Below are positions 1 to 12,123 of a stretch of DNA of 64,000 nt, one piece after another. The translations under genes and the position numbers were made by a program. Every line of letters starts with the position of its first letter. Positions within the stretch are counted from its first letter, which is position 1. A model generated the notes under the pieces. It made no database searches. It was not told the DNA's origin and saw only the letters and a list, made by a program, of their open reading frames with translations. Source of the DNA: Octopus vulgaris (lineage: Eukaryota); the NCBI GenBank assembly GCA_951406725.2, contig OX597823.1:82336001-82400000 (forward strand), in the 5' to 3' direction.

Positions 1-150
1 TTGTGTTCAAATTCCACCGAGGTCGACTTCGCTTTTTATGCTTTCGTGTCGATAAAATATGTACCAGTTCAGTTGAGTACTGGGGGCGATGTAACCGACT
101 TACCCCTTCTCCGAAATTGCTAGTCTAGTGCCAGAATTTAAACCCAATAT
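1..150 (+). mobile_element. SINE family A fragment (B-box, central GCCTTTCATCCTTTCGGGGTCGATAAA-like domain, short tail); truncated by window start
   Basis: GTTCAAATTCC B-box, then gaggtcgacttcgc...gtcgataaaatatgtaccag; matches many other copies in the window. Confidence 0.8.
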
Positions 151-1197
151 TAAATAATCTGATTGACATTCATGTAGGATATTGCTTTCTGGTAAAGATA
201 TGTTTGCAATGACTATTACATGCAGCAAAAATTCCTTTAGTACGTTTCCGTATCTATTTATCCGCTCAATGCGACTCTTTATCGAATTTCACAAACTCAC
301 TCTCACCACAATCACGTCAAATGGTATATACAACATAATTTTGCCGAAAAGTAATTGTCTCTTGCATTTAATATTAATCATTCTAAATCTCTTTTATTAA
401 CATCCGATACAATTGGGAGAGTTAATAACCAAGCTTTGCTCCGTTACTTAGGAATGTAATTAAAATCTTTCGTGAATCGAATCTTTAGTAATACCGATGT
501 CGTATTAGATGCTTTGTAATAACTTCATAATAATTTTGTAATCACTCTGCTTAACACTACGTTACATTCGTTCATTAATGGTTATATTCCGTAGGAAAAT
601 AATTTCACTTTTGACCTGGAAACAATCTACTTGCGATATGGTAACTATTTTCATGGAAAGCTAAACACAAAGAAATATTGAAATGACTTACTTTCTACGA
701 TGCTAAGTTATTATGTTAACTAAGCATTTTAAAAATGATGTTGAATGGAATAAAACCGAAGTTAGGTGGTTACGAAGCGAATTTCTTAGCTATAAAACGA
801 TTACTAAGAAAAATATTGTACGATGATGAGAAAAATAAAAAAAGAATCAAACATGCCTTTCTTTTTTGTTATAAATTATTAACTATTATCTCTTTATAAG
901 CGACTTCCTAGAATGTTGAATTTATGTCTTTCATGTTCTGCCGTGCTGAGGATTCAGATCAAATGGTGCTATGCATAGCCATCAATGACTAAACCAATTA
1001 AGAACTGTATATGATGTGGAGGAGAAAAAATAAAAGTAAAATGTGTATGCTCTTTACGATTTGGTGTAAATTCCTCAACTTAATTTATCGTAACTTAGAA
1101 GAGGTTTTCTTCCCTATAACAGTAAATTCAGTAGGAGCACTCATCACGTGTATCTATCTATCTATCTATCTATCTACCTACCTACCTACCTACCTAC

Positions 1198-1248
<51 letters not shown>

Positions 1249-1779
1249 AAAATACGTATAGAGAAAATTACAACTGCTTGGATTTTTCCTTTTTCTTCTA
1301 TATATGTATGTGTGTGTGTATGTATGTTAATTGCATATGCTAAGTATAATTATAAACAAGTATCTTTCAAAAAATGTTTATATAGTTAAAAGTATTGACA
1401 AATTTTAATTAATAAAATGTACCTAACGTGTGTAATGTTTAGATTAAGATACGAATGATTTAGTAAAAATTAAAACTACACTGTATTTGCTCGATGATAT
1501 GACCAATAATGTAATATTTAGATTTTAAATATAAAGTACGAATATTTTTCAGTAACAAAATAATTTTTGAGTGAATTATATAAACTTTAGACGTTATATA
1601 TTAGTGGAATTGTGCAGTTTTCGTTGAAAAGTAAATATGTATGTTTATATTCGCCGAAGAGGAAATTTTGAAATTATTAACCGTATTAGTCAACGATTTT
1701 GTCTGTCTAAATCTCATCCAATTTTGTATTTAAAAAATTCAGTTATCCTTAATATATATGTAGAATCACCAGCTTGAAT

Positions 1780-2370
1780 ATATTTATTGCTTTATCGCCC
1801 ACTGAGGGTTAAACATAGAGAGGACAAACAAGGACAAATAAAATGATTAAGTCGATTACATCGAACCAGTGCGTAACTGGTACTTATACCGAAAGGATAA
1901 AAGGCAAAATTGGCCTCAGCGGAATTTGAACTCAGAACGCAACGGCAGACGAAATACCTATTTCTTTACTACCCACAAGGGGCTAAACACAGAGGAGACA
2001 AACAAGGACAGACAGACAGATTAAGTCGATTATATCGACTCCAGTGCGTTATTGGTACTTAATTTATCGACCCCGAAAGGATGAAAGGCAAAGTCGACCT
2101 CGGTGGAATTTGAACTCAGAACGTAATGGCAGACGAAATACCTATTTCTTTACTACCCACAAGGGGCTAAACACAGAGAGGACAAACAAGGACAGACAAA
2201 CGGATTAAGTCGATTGTATCGACCCCAGTGCGTAACTGGTATTTATTTAATCGACCCCGAAAGGATGAAAGGCAAAGTCGACCTCGGCGGAATTTGAATT
2301 CAGAACGTAACAACAGACGAAATACTGCTAAGCATTTTGCCCGGCGTGCTAACGTTACTGCCAGCTCGCC
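1780..2370 (-). mobile_element. Tandem trimer of SINE family A (~183-bp units; only the first unit in element orientation has the full tRNA-like head)
   Basis: Three copies of acccacaaggggctaaacacagag...gaaaggcaaagtcgacctcggcggaatttgaactcagaacg; the minus strand begins GGCGAGCTGGCAG (A-box) and has GAATTCAAATTCC/GAGTTCAAATTCC (B-box). The central domain resembles the MetaSINE domain (from memory, not verified). Confidence 0.85.
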
Positions 2371-3130
2371 GTTCTATCAGCTTGAATACATTGTCCATAG
2401 AAAAGTGATGTTTGAGTGAATCATTATCTCACGCATGAACTTGTACAGCTAAAATAAAACAGCGCAGCCCTGGTTCCAACCATGATATTTTGGTGAAAAG
2501 GTTGAAATAGAAAAAGTGATATTAATACGTTACATTAATACGATTTATTATTGCTACCTATGTTGTTTCTTTTGATTCTAATCAAAGGATAGTTTTGTAA
2601 GCGAAATCGCTGTCAATTGAGTCGGGCGTAGCATATTTGTAGAAAATACATTATCAACTATGGAAGGCAAAAAGTGAACCACTACACAATAGGTTTGGCT
2701 CCTAGACATAGCAACCAAACCAATGTATCACCCTGGCGTCTTAAAGAAAATGGCATATTCAATAATGCAGTCTTTCATATGTAGAACAGATGGATGGTCA
2801 TTACTGGAACGCGTTTGATCAAAAATCAGCTTGATCAGGGCTTACATGGACCCAAACCACAACAATAAAGATGATATGAATGCTTCACTAAAAAGAGAGA
2901 ATTCAACATTTCAAAAGAAGTCAAAATAACTGAGGGTTTGTATCGATATTTGTTTAATTATTGGGAAATGTATACATTTTATATATTTCTCTACACACAT
3001 AGTGACGTGATTTCCGCTAAGTAACTATCGCTGGTTGAGAAAATTAACGCATCGATATTTCTTTAATATACGCGTCTGTTATGAAATTAACTGCTGCTCT
3101 ATTCCTAATCAGTTACCTTTAACAAAAATG

Positions 3131-3230
3131 NNNNNNNNNNNNNNNNNNNNNNNNNNNNNNNNNNNNNNNNNNNNNNNNNNNNNNNNNNNNNNNNNNNNNN
3201 NNNNNNNNNNNNNNNNNNNNNNNNNNNNNN
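3131..3230. other. Assembly gap (100 N) with ~95 bp duplicated on either side
   Basis: 3035-3130 nearly identical to 3232-3328. Confidence 0.95.
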
Positions 3231-3379
3231 ATTGAGGAAAGTAACGCATCGATATTTCTTAAATATACGCGTCTGTTATGAAATTTTCTGTTGCTCTATT
3301 CATAATCAGTTACCTTTAACAAAAATGGAGTAGCTTCTTTCATGTCAGAAAATAATCAGATTGGATAAGTAACAGGAAT

Positions 3380-3808
3380 ATTGGTTTCAAATTTTAGCAC
3401 AAGGCCAGCAGTTTCGGGAAGGAGATGAGTCGATTATATCGATCTTGCTTCGTTGACTCCGAAAATATGAAAGAGAAAATCGACCTCGTGGAATTTGAAT
3501 TTAGAACATAAAGACGGACGAAATCTCTTAGGTGTGTTGCATGGCATTCTGACGATTCCGCCTGCTCGCCACCTCAAGCAACTGCGGAAATATTGATTTC
3601 AAATTTTGGCACGAGGCCAGCAAGTTCAGGGAAAAGGCGAATCAAGTACATCGACACCAGTGCTTAACTGGTACGTATTTTATTGACCTGGAAAGGATGA
3701 AAGACAAAATCAACTTTAACAGCATTTGAACTCAGAATGCAAAGATGGACGAAATGCTGGTAAGCATTTTGTACGGCATACTAACGATTCTGCCTGCTCG
3801 CCGCCTTC
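3380..3808 (-). mobile_element. Two adjacent diverged SINE family A copies (short-tail subtype)
   Basis: Two rounds of tttcaaatttt(a/g)gcac...gcctgctcgcc at 3380-3576 and 3590-3808. Confidence 0.8.
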
Positions 3809-3820
3809 AGTAGCAGCAGT

Positions 3821-4012
3821 GGAGGCGCAATGGCCCAGTGGTTAGAGCAGCAGACTCGCGGTCGAAAGACCGCGGTTTCGATTCCCAGACCGGGCATTGT
3901 GAGTATTTATTGAGCAAAAACACTTAAACTCCACGAGGCTCCTGCAGCGGGTGGGTGAACTCCGCTGTACTCTTTCACCGCAACTTTATCTCACTCTTTC
4001 TTCCTACTTCTA
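3821..4012 (+). mobile_element. tRNA-derived SINE family B
   Basis: GGAGGCGCAATGGCCCAGTGGTTAG A-box, GGTTTCGATTCCC B-box; homologous to 24461, 43749, 45525. Confidence 0.85.
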
Positions 4013-4292
4013 CCACAAAGAAGAGGAACCATGGTGTAACCCACTATGGTATGGTAAACTTTCAGACCCTAGCCTAGATTGCAAATCCTCTGTACCCTAG
4101 GATGGTTCAGCTCTCCATCCGTTAAAAGCCAGCGTTTACGGAATGAGGATAACGACATAGCTTTCGCGCCCGTGCAACCTCCAGTCTATCACGTGTGGTG
4201 GGTGGATCTTCAAGTTGCCACACGCATTCTTAGCTTAGAGTAGGCTCGAATTAGAGATTATTCTTTGTGGCTAATGGCATGAGTCCTGATTG

Positions 4293-4350
4293 GAAGAAGA
4301 AGAAGAAGAAGAAGAAGAAGAAGAAGAAGAAGAAGAAGAAGAAGAAGAAG
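4293..4350 (+). repeat. (GAA)n microsatellite
   Basis: Direct reading. Confidence 0.95.
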
Positions 4351-4835
4351 AGCAGGAACAGGAGGAATATTAAAAGCACCAGCGGAAAGTAAAATAAACA
4401 AGTAGGAAGGCTTTCGATTTAAGTGGTCTGAGGGGAACATAAGATATTCAGTAATTAACTTTGATTTACTCATTTATGTCTAATAATTCTAAGATCAAGA
4501 ATGTTATATACCAATGTAAAATCTCTTGCGGTACCGATGTCTACTTCTACATAGGCGCATCCTCTTCCTAGTTATCTAAGAGAATTCCCAATCATAATTC
4601 TTCCTTTGGGGATAGCAGTAAAGGTCATAGCACAGGGCTATGAACATTTTTTCAACCAAAGTATCCCTCTTGATTTGTTCTCTACTTATTATTTCTTTAC
4701 CCCTTCTCTTCTTAGTGTCTGCCTTTGACGTCGAATCTACTAACGATTTTTTTAAATACTTAATAGCGTTATGTTTATCATTTATGCAGTCATCAAAATT
4801 GTTATAATGTCTTGTTGTTGAGATAGGTTCTGTTT

Positions 4836-4918
4836 CTTTCCTGATGCGAAGATTGCATTTTACACTGTTAATTCCTTTGGAATAAAACCAATGTTGTCTT
4901 CGAAACATATGTCAAAAG
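4836..4918 (+). ncRNA. Type I hammerhead ribozyme motif, PLE-type, with A9C core variant
   Basis: ctttc-CTGATGC-GAAGATTGCATT...AATGTTGTCTTC-GAAA-CATATG-TC-aaaag: long stem II, palindromic stem III, GUC triplet, stem I with one mismatch. Confidence 0.7.
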
Positions 4919-5147
4919 TAAAAGAATTTGAATAGCATTTGCGTTCAACTCCATTCATTTACTTATACTACACAAATTACTGCACATTAACCCTGAGTTT
5001 TTACCTTTGAATAGGTCACTACATCCTTGTTACTTACGTGAATTTTGCTACCCTGGTAACTGTTTATTGAATTTTCCATGTTAACGGTAAACAAAGGATA
5101 ATTCATTCATATATATGTATGTATGTATGTATATATATATATATAAA

Positions 5148-5350
5148 GTCAATCCAAACATGAAAACGCAAAGAGAAAATACAACAACGCGAGGACGTGG
5201 AACAAGTATAATGTTATTGGATGCTCAGGAAAGGAAAGAAAGAAGGAGGATTTACCGTTTCGGGCGGAGCTCTTCGTTAGAAACATAGAAAAAGGAAAGA
5301 TCCAAGGAAGGGATGACGGGGGAAAAAAATCACCAACGTAACACACGCAG
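5148..5350 (-). mobile_element. PLE terminal-repeat (pLTR) remnant with degenerate minimal HHR at 5249-5284
   Basis: Minus strand GTTT-CTAACGA-AGAGCTCCGCCC-GAAA-CG-GT-AAAT; flanked by (TA)n on both sides; similar to the 21011-21050 motif. Confidence 0.55.
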
Positions 5351-5397
5351 CATGTATATTTATATATATATATATATATACATATTTGTAAATATTA

Positions 5398-5444
<47 letters not shown>

Positions 5445-6702
5445 ACTGTATGTATGTATGTATAATTGCTATTATCAGCACAACCACAGTGCAGCTGTAG
5501 ACAGTAAAATTAATTCGGAATACTATTCCATTGTAAAAAAAAAAAAAGAAAATAGAGAAGCCGACTAGTCACCATTTTGAAATCACATTTCATTGATTGC
5601 TATGCTGAAAAGATAAAGGCGACAGCAAAGAATCTATTAACATGGCGTTATTTGAGAGAACAGAGAGACTCTATTGATGAGATCACATTTCCCGATGAGC
5701 TCCTTGCTATTTAAGCTTCTCTGACATGGCTACATGCTGCTGGTTTCGTCTTGTAATATGAAATTGTAAATATATGCGTCATCATAAAGGAAATTGCATT
5801 GATATATTGTTATGGTAATTTCCGTAGTTTATCTCATAGGATCCATAATTGTAAGAGAACAAAAATATAAAGAAAAAAAAACAACAAACAAAACATGGAT
5901 TATCGAGCAAAGCATTCAGGGAATTAATTAAGATTTCATAATATTTATATAAAAAAACAGAAACCTTGAATTTGCTGCTGAAAACATTACTTTCCTTTGC
6001 CAGGAAGCTAATCTTATTTTCTTTTTTCTATTTGTCATTCATCCTTTCAAAGAACTATGTGTTTTTTTTTCTTCGTACTTTTATGTTGAAAGTAGCGTAG
6101 TCTGTATATAACATGATGCAACTTGCATTACACTGTCTTATAGATGAGATGTTTAATGCTTGTTTGATTTGATGTCCGGTTGTTGCTTAACTCTAAGTCA
6201 GTATTCGTGTCGTGTCTATTTCAACGTTTTTCATCTATTACAAAGAACAAATTCAATCAGCCAAAACTTTTTAAAAGAACTTGGCTATGTTTTGTAGGAA
6301 ATTGGCTCCTATTTATCCCATATCGAGAGATGATGTAGAGGGCTTCATTCTTAGTACAGCAAATCTTTCCGTCGTTGTGCCAAAATGCAAAATTGCGACA
6401 TGGTTCGTATCAGCTGATTGCATTTATAATATATTTATGTACGAATTTATGTACTTAAGTATGTATGTATGTATGTATGTATGTACATGCATACATATAT
6501 GTATGCATAAATGCATATATGTATGTATATATGCATGCATATAAGTTAGAATGAGGATGAAAATGTGTGTATTAATTATCTATCTATAATGTTAATCTAT
6601 CTTTTTGTTTATCCGTCTGTATGTCAATCAATATGCATACATTATATATATAGAAGAATAGACAAAAAAAGGAGATAGTGAAATTGCCGTGAGGAGCGAA
6701 AA

Positions 6703-6736
6703 AATCCAACGTTTCGTACATGCTTCTTCAAGGACT
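6703..6736 (-). ncRNA. Degenerate minimal HHR motif (U3 variant)
   Basis: Minus strand AGTCC-TTGAAGA-AGCATGTAC-GAAA-CG-TT-GGATT; stem I pairs, stem II weak. Confidence 0.45.
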
Positions 6737-6973
6737 GTCAAGAGAGAAGGAGAAACAGAAGATACCATTTTATAGTGTGGCTAAAATCTTGATTGATGTG
6801 TTTGAGAGTAAGTATAGTGAAGAAGATTCTTGTTCACAGAATTCAGTTGATAGATCAAGTAGATATCACCTGCTTATATATATGATATATGTCATACATA
6901 TCATATATATCATATAAATATATGCAAGAGTAATGTAGACACGTTGAAATCACTACGGCTTTGTAAATCTTTT

Positions 6974-7165
6974 ATCTTTTACTTGTTTCAATCATTAGAC
7001 TAAGGCAATGCTGGGGCACCGCTTTGAAGAATTTTAGTAGAAGGAATCGACCCTAGTATTTATTACATTTTCCTAAATCAGGTACTTATTTTATCAGTCT
7101 CTTTGCTACGGGAACGTAAACACACCAACATCGATTGTCAAGCGGTGGTGGGAGACAAACACGGA
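6974..7165 (-). mobile_element. SINE family C 3' part
   Basis: Reverse complement of the tail at 28200-28390 (gtgccccagcat...gaaacaagtaaaaga). Confidence 0.75.
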
Positions 7166-7169
7166 CACA

Positions 7170-7440
7170 AAAGCACCCATTTGAGTTCATTTAAGGACAA
7201 AAATAAAAATGAAAGGTTCCAAGCGAGATTTAGCAAATTTATCTGGTCTTTCAAAGACAGTAACAAGGACTGTACGATTAAATGGGACTTAATTTGTGCT
7301 GCAAAGCCATACAGACACGAAACCAATAGATGTGACCTATTCTTGGAAGAATTTTACAGGATTTTCACATCCAAGGTAATGTGATAATTGCGCATGAGGA
7401 AATTTATATTTGTCAAATATAAATGAGTAATTATCATTTA
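7170..7440 (+). pseudogene. Naiad-like PLE GIY-YIG endonuclease C-terminal fragment
   Basis: FSKFIWSFKDSNKDCTIKWDLICAAKPY...RCDLFLEE matches the LSKxIWxLKD...W.I...AxPY...CxLCxxE pattern of ORF 49051-49449. Confidence 0.7.
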
Positions 7441-7585
7441 AACTATACAAGGTTTTGAAATGAGGGACTGAAAATGATTATCCAATAAGAACTTGAAATA
7501 AAGATTGTTCGCGTCTGACTTAACGGATGACTCTACATCATACAACGTAGATATTATAAAAGAAAATCATTAAATGACCAAACCG

Positions 7586-7633
<48 letters not shown>

Positions 7634-7635
7634 GT

Positions 7636-7782
7636 ACTGTTTCTATCTACCAAATAAGCTCACAAGACTTTGGTCAGTCCTAGGATGTAATAGAAAACAC
7701 TTGCACAAGGTGTCACGCAAGGGGTTTGAATCCGAAACCACGTGGTTGGGAGGCAAATTTCTTATTGCACAGTCACCCATGC
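7636..7782 (-). mobile_element. SINE family C 5' part
   Basis: Similar to 54092-54237 (ctaccaaat..ctcacaagactttggtc...cacttgcacaagg...gaatccgaaaccacgtggttgg). Confidence 0.7.
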
Positions 7783-7892
7783 ATCTAAATATATCACTAA
7801 CAACTAATTAGAAATATGGAAAGATTCTGTGTGAAAACAATAAGACCAAGAGGCAGACCACAGCGAATACCTGTGCAATGAATATGCGTCAG

Positions 7893-8128
7893 TACCTATT
7901 TCTTTATTACCCACAAGGGGCTAAACACAGAGGGGACAAACAAGGACAGACATAGGTATTAAGTCGATTACATCGACCCCAGTGCGTAACTGGTACTTAA
8001 TTTATCGACCCCGAAAGGATGAAAGGCAAAGTCGACCTCGGCGGAATTTGAACTCACAACGTAACGCAGACGAAATACCGCAAAGCATTTCGCCCGGCGT
8101 GTTAACGTTTCTGCCAGCTCACCACCTT
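7893..8128 (-). mobile_element. Full-length SINE family A monomer
   Basis: Near-consensus head, central domain and long tail. Confidence 0.9.
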
Positions 8129-8223
8129 ATATGCGTCAGTACCATTTACCCTCCTGGTACATATGCTTATGTTTCGTCTTCTACGTTGAGTCTCATTACC
8201 TGCAATGATTTACGAGAACTTTT

Positions 8224-8396
8224 AAGGCGGCGAGCTAGCAGAATCATTTCTGAGCCAGTAAAATGCTTAGCGGCATTTCGTTCGTCTTTACATTCTGAGT
8301 TCAAATGCCGTCGAGATCGATTTTGCTTTCATCCTTTCGGGGTCAATAAAATAAGTACCAAATTGCTGGTCTTATGCCAAAATTTGAAACCAATTT
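8224..8396 (+). mobile_element. SINE family A (short-tail subtype), inverted relative to 7893-8128
   Basis: AAGGCGGCGAGCTAGCAGAATC...GAGTTCAAATG...ttcatcctttcggggtcaataaaataagtacc. Confidence 0.85.
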
Positions 8397-8762
8397 AAGA
8401 GAATCTTCTGTTATCGTACACATATTAAACATAGGCCGCAAGGTGTTCATAGAAAGCCAGTGAAATGTACGGAATAAACGCATTATACGTAGGCAAACAT
8501 TCTTTCATATAGGAAAATTAAACTACCTCTAGCGTGTTCGACTGCGAGTAATTTTAATTTAAAAATTACCCACAAACGATTGATATGGAAACTCGACACA
8601 TATGTACTTTAACAGTGTGTGCGCTCACACACATATATACGCACACTCATTTATTTATTTATTTATTTATTTATTTATGTTTATTTGAATTGCATCTGCT
8701 ATTTATGTGAACTCTTCAATCTTCACAAACATCACATTTATTTCACATGGTTTGCCAGCGAG

Positions 8763-8865
<103 letters not shown>

Positions 8866-9402
8866 CACGACCAAACACAAAACACACACACACACACACA
8901 TATGAATATATGTGTACGTGTGTGTCCTGCGTATATGTATATATATGTGTGTTTATGTATGTATGTATGTATGTATGTATGTATGTATGTATGTATGTAT
9001 GTATGCATGCATGCATGTATGTGCGTATGTGTGTATGTAAGCGCAAGCCTCTTCTCTTGCTGTAAGAGGAAATAATATTTATTAAATTAATTAGGAATGT
9101 TTGAAATTACATTGAAAATAATTAGTTGGAGGATTAAAGAAATCAACGACAGTAAACAAACAATAAACAAAGAAAGGCAACGAAATTTAAATGCTGTGCA
9201 TATAGACACATATATTGATCGTTATCGATCATTTCATAAGATTACTTAATGATGTTTTAATATCTCTGCAATTCCAGAAATGAGTAAGCTAAATATTGAA
9301 ACTGTTCTTTTGAAAATAATTCCAATTTTCCAATTATCGCAGTATTTCTTTTTCTAAGAATAACAGCTTTAACTTAAAGAAATCTAGAGAACGGTTTACT
9401 AG

Positions 9403-9570
9403 AGGGTGCGTTGCGTAATGGTTAGGGAGTTGTATTCGTGATCGTAAAACTGTGGTTTCGTATCACAGACCGGACAGTGCGTTGTGGTCTTGAGCAAAAA
9501 TACTTCATTTCCCGTTGCTTCAGTCCACTCAGTTGTAAATCAGTAACTCTACAGCGAACTGGATCTGGCG
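9403..9570 (+). mobile_element. Diverged tRNA-derived SINE (family B-related)
   Basis: gcgtaatggttagg...ggtttcgtatc...cttgagcaaaaatacttcatttc. Confidence 0.65.
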
Positions 9571-9968
9571 TCTCAACCGAGGTGGGCTGTTGTGATTTCG
9601 GCCACTTGACCTGTATGAAAATTATGTAACTGGCCCTATGATCCGATGAATTGGGACTAGAATATCCAGGTCTTTTGTCGTCGACGACACAACAGCAGAT
9701 AGCCAAAATATTCAAATGCAATACGATTACATAAAATATTAAATCTTTTTGCCAAACTTAACCCTAATCTAGACAGCATACAAAGATATACAAGGATACC
9801 ATTCTACATCTCTTTTTTTATAACTTAACATAAGTATTCAATCCTAAAAATGGCTGATTATTATGATTACGTAGTAATCATACACACGCATTAAGTAGTT
9901 TCCAATGGAGCATTGCAAGTTTCGTTACGAATGTAGCTGAACAGGAGAGATTCTGACAAATTTTATAT

Positions 9969-10670
9969 ACGAAAGGGTGCTGAAAACGTTCTGGCTTTGG
10001 GTAAAAGAAAACACAGGAGGATCAGTAAATTACCGTAAATCCTCGAGTATAGTTCGCCCTTGAGTATAATCCGCAGGGGATTTTTAGGGGGCTATACCTC
10101 TGAAAAACCTAAACCTTGTGTATTATACACACTCCTTCTCTAACTTGAGTCGTGCGTAATTAAGCCAGCAGCACCTAGTAAAAACAACACTTCTGCGCAT
10201 GCGTAATACAATAATAGTGATGTTCTTAACTGTTATACGGGAATCTAAATATGCTTGCAAATTGTTTTTGTTACATGTTATTCTGTGTTCTGAATACTTT
10301 TAATTTAATAAATGTTGCTTACTGCAAGTTATGGATGATTCTTTTATGACTTCATTGCTTTCAGGCTTAGCTTAAGGTATTTTCGCGCCTGACATCACAA
10401 AATGCGTCTGAATAAACATTGCCGGACAGCAAATAGAGACTCGGACATTGCTTAGAAAATATTTTTCATTTTTAACCTCGTATATAGTATGTACTAAGGA
10501 TTTTGACCTTTAAATTTTTTTGGGAAAAATGCGGATTGTACTCGAGGATTTACGGTATTGCCCTCTCAGATTCACACACTTATTGCATCGGTCCTTCAGT
10601 TTTTAAGCCCTGTAAAAGAAGTCAGAAAGTTAGGCTTCTAACGAGGCCTTTAGCGAGGCCTTTCAGCATC
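9969..10670 (+). mobile_element. Mariner-like terminal fragment interrupted by a MITE
   Basis: Begins TA-CGAAAGGGTGCTGAAAA (mariner-type TIR); resumes after the MITE at 10558. Confidence 0.45.
10033..10555. mobile_element. Non-autonomous Tc1/mariner-superfamily (pogo/Tc2-like) MITE, 523 bp
   Basis: TIRs CCGTAAATCCTCGAGTA / TACTCGAGGATTTACGG with flanking TA at 10031-32 and 10556-57; subterminal repeats (gagtatagttcgc, gagtataatccgc). Confidence 0.9.
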
Positions 10671-11238
10671 CCTTGTGCACGAGGATACCGTTCTAACACT
10701 TCTATTTCTATATGTTAACACAGGTATTTAATCCTAAAAATCATTGATTACTGAGTTTAAGTAGGTAAATCTCTTCATGCACTCATATTAAGGTATTTTG
10801 TAATAGAATATTATGAATGAAGCTGAGAGAGGGAGAGATTCTGACAAGTGAACATTATATAATAATATAACATGAAGCGAGTGGTGCGGTTATTCCTGTT
10901 CCATTACCTTATCCACTGCTCTCGGCACATTACGAGCAATTCTCAAATTGCTCACTTCATACAACTATAACCGACCAATGCAAGTTAGAAAAATAAACCA
11001 CTGTAAATAGTGGCAGATTGTAAAATTGACGACTGCTCTGATTTCACTTTCACCTTCACCTTTCTCCTATGGCGTTTGTGAGATACATATTCTGTGTATC
11101 AACTAAATTGCTCGGTTATTCGATTTTGGTGTTCCCTTGACTATAGGTTTCGACGTGAATGGTTGTTGAGTCACAGTTCGTGCAACTCCTCTCCAGTTTC
11201 CCCTCACTGTTTATACATACATACTTTTTATATGTCTG

Positions 11239-11311
<73 letters not shown>

Positions 11312-11470
11312 GTTATCGCCATACTAATATGGCAGTCTATAAATAAGACTAAAGCTGTCGTTGATTAGCTCCAAGAGGCCACCACCTCTAGCTAGCTATA
11401 TGACACACGAACCTGCGTCCATTACAACCTTCGAACAGGGGAGGTCAGCCGCTTCACCTTGCTAGTCAGA

Positions 11471-11510
11471 CATCTGCAGACATGTTTCAGGGTTGTTGCC
11501 CTTTATCAGT
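11471..11510 (-). ncRNA. Degenerate minimal HHR (G8A, 5' arm of stem I lost)
   Basis: Minus strand CTGATAA-AGGG-caacaa-CCCT-GAAA-CATG-TC-TGCAGATG, within a (TA)n-flanked island. Confidence 0.5.
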
Positions 11511-11548
11511 AACGCTGCCGTAATCTCCTTTAATAATTTTAATATTTC

Positions 11549-11607
<59 letters not shown>

Positions 11608-11742
11608 ATTGAAGAAATGGAGTTGAACGAAGATTGAACAGAAATCGTTTTATTTCATTCTACACGTGTAGAATTTTGCTACCAAGGTATCGGTTAAACT
11701 TTTGATTAATCTGCAACAAGATTATTCATCTTTCTATTTCAC

Positions 11743-11789
<47 letters not shown>

Positions 11790-11800
<11 letters not shown>

Positions 11801-12071
11801 GGGAGTATAACTCCAAACTTACAGGGAAAAATTCAATTTAGTATTAAATCAAATTTCACAATATAAATATATAATATATAAATTAGTGTAAAACCACTAT
11901 TCTGCAATTCAAATTATAGCCATGAAACGTTCGTAGTAGTTTGTTTTTTACTTATTATATATTGATTATTCATTCTTGAACTTTTTGTGATCTAGTTATA
12001 TGTTTTAAAATATATATTTTATTTATGATTTGGTTTATGTCTATCATTGTTTGAATTGCATAATAGTGTTT

Positions 12072-12075
<4 letters not shown>
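11790..12075. mobile_element. (TA)n-embedded repeat end, probably a PLE terminus
   Basis: aatattagggag..tccaaacttacagggaaaaatt...aaaaccactatt shared with 53778-53940. Confidence 0.5.

Positions 12076-12123
<48 letters not shown>

Noticed and set aside
3035-3328. Direct repeat flanking the N run
   Set aside because: Typical overlap of contig ends or haplotypes at a scaffold gap; likely an assembly artefact
4015-4292. LINE 3' end with (GAA)n tail
   Set aside because: Plausible, but no coding motif or second copy to support it
4576-4908. 110-aa minus-strand ORF as a host gene
   Set aside because: No recognisable domain; overlaps a plus-strand HHR in a probable PLE terminal repeat
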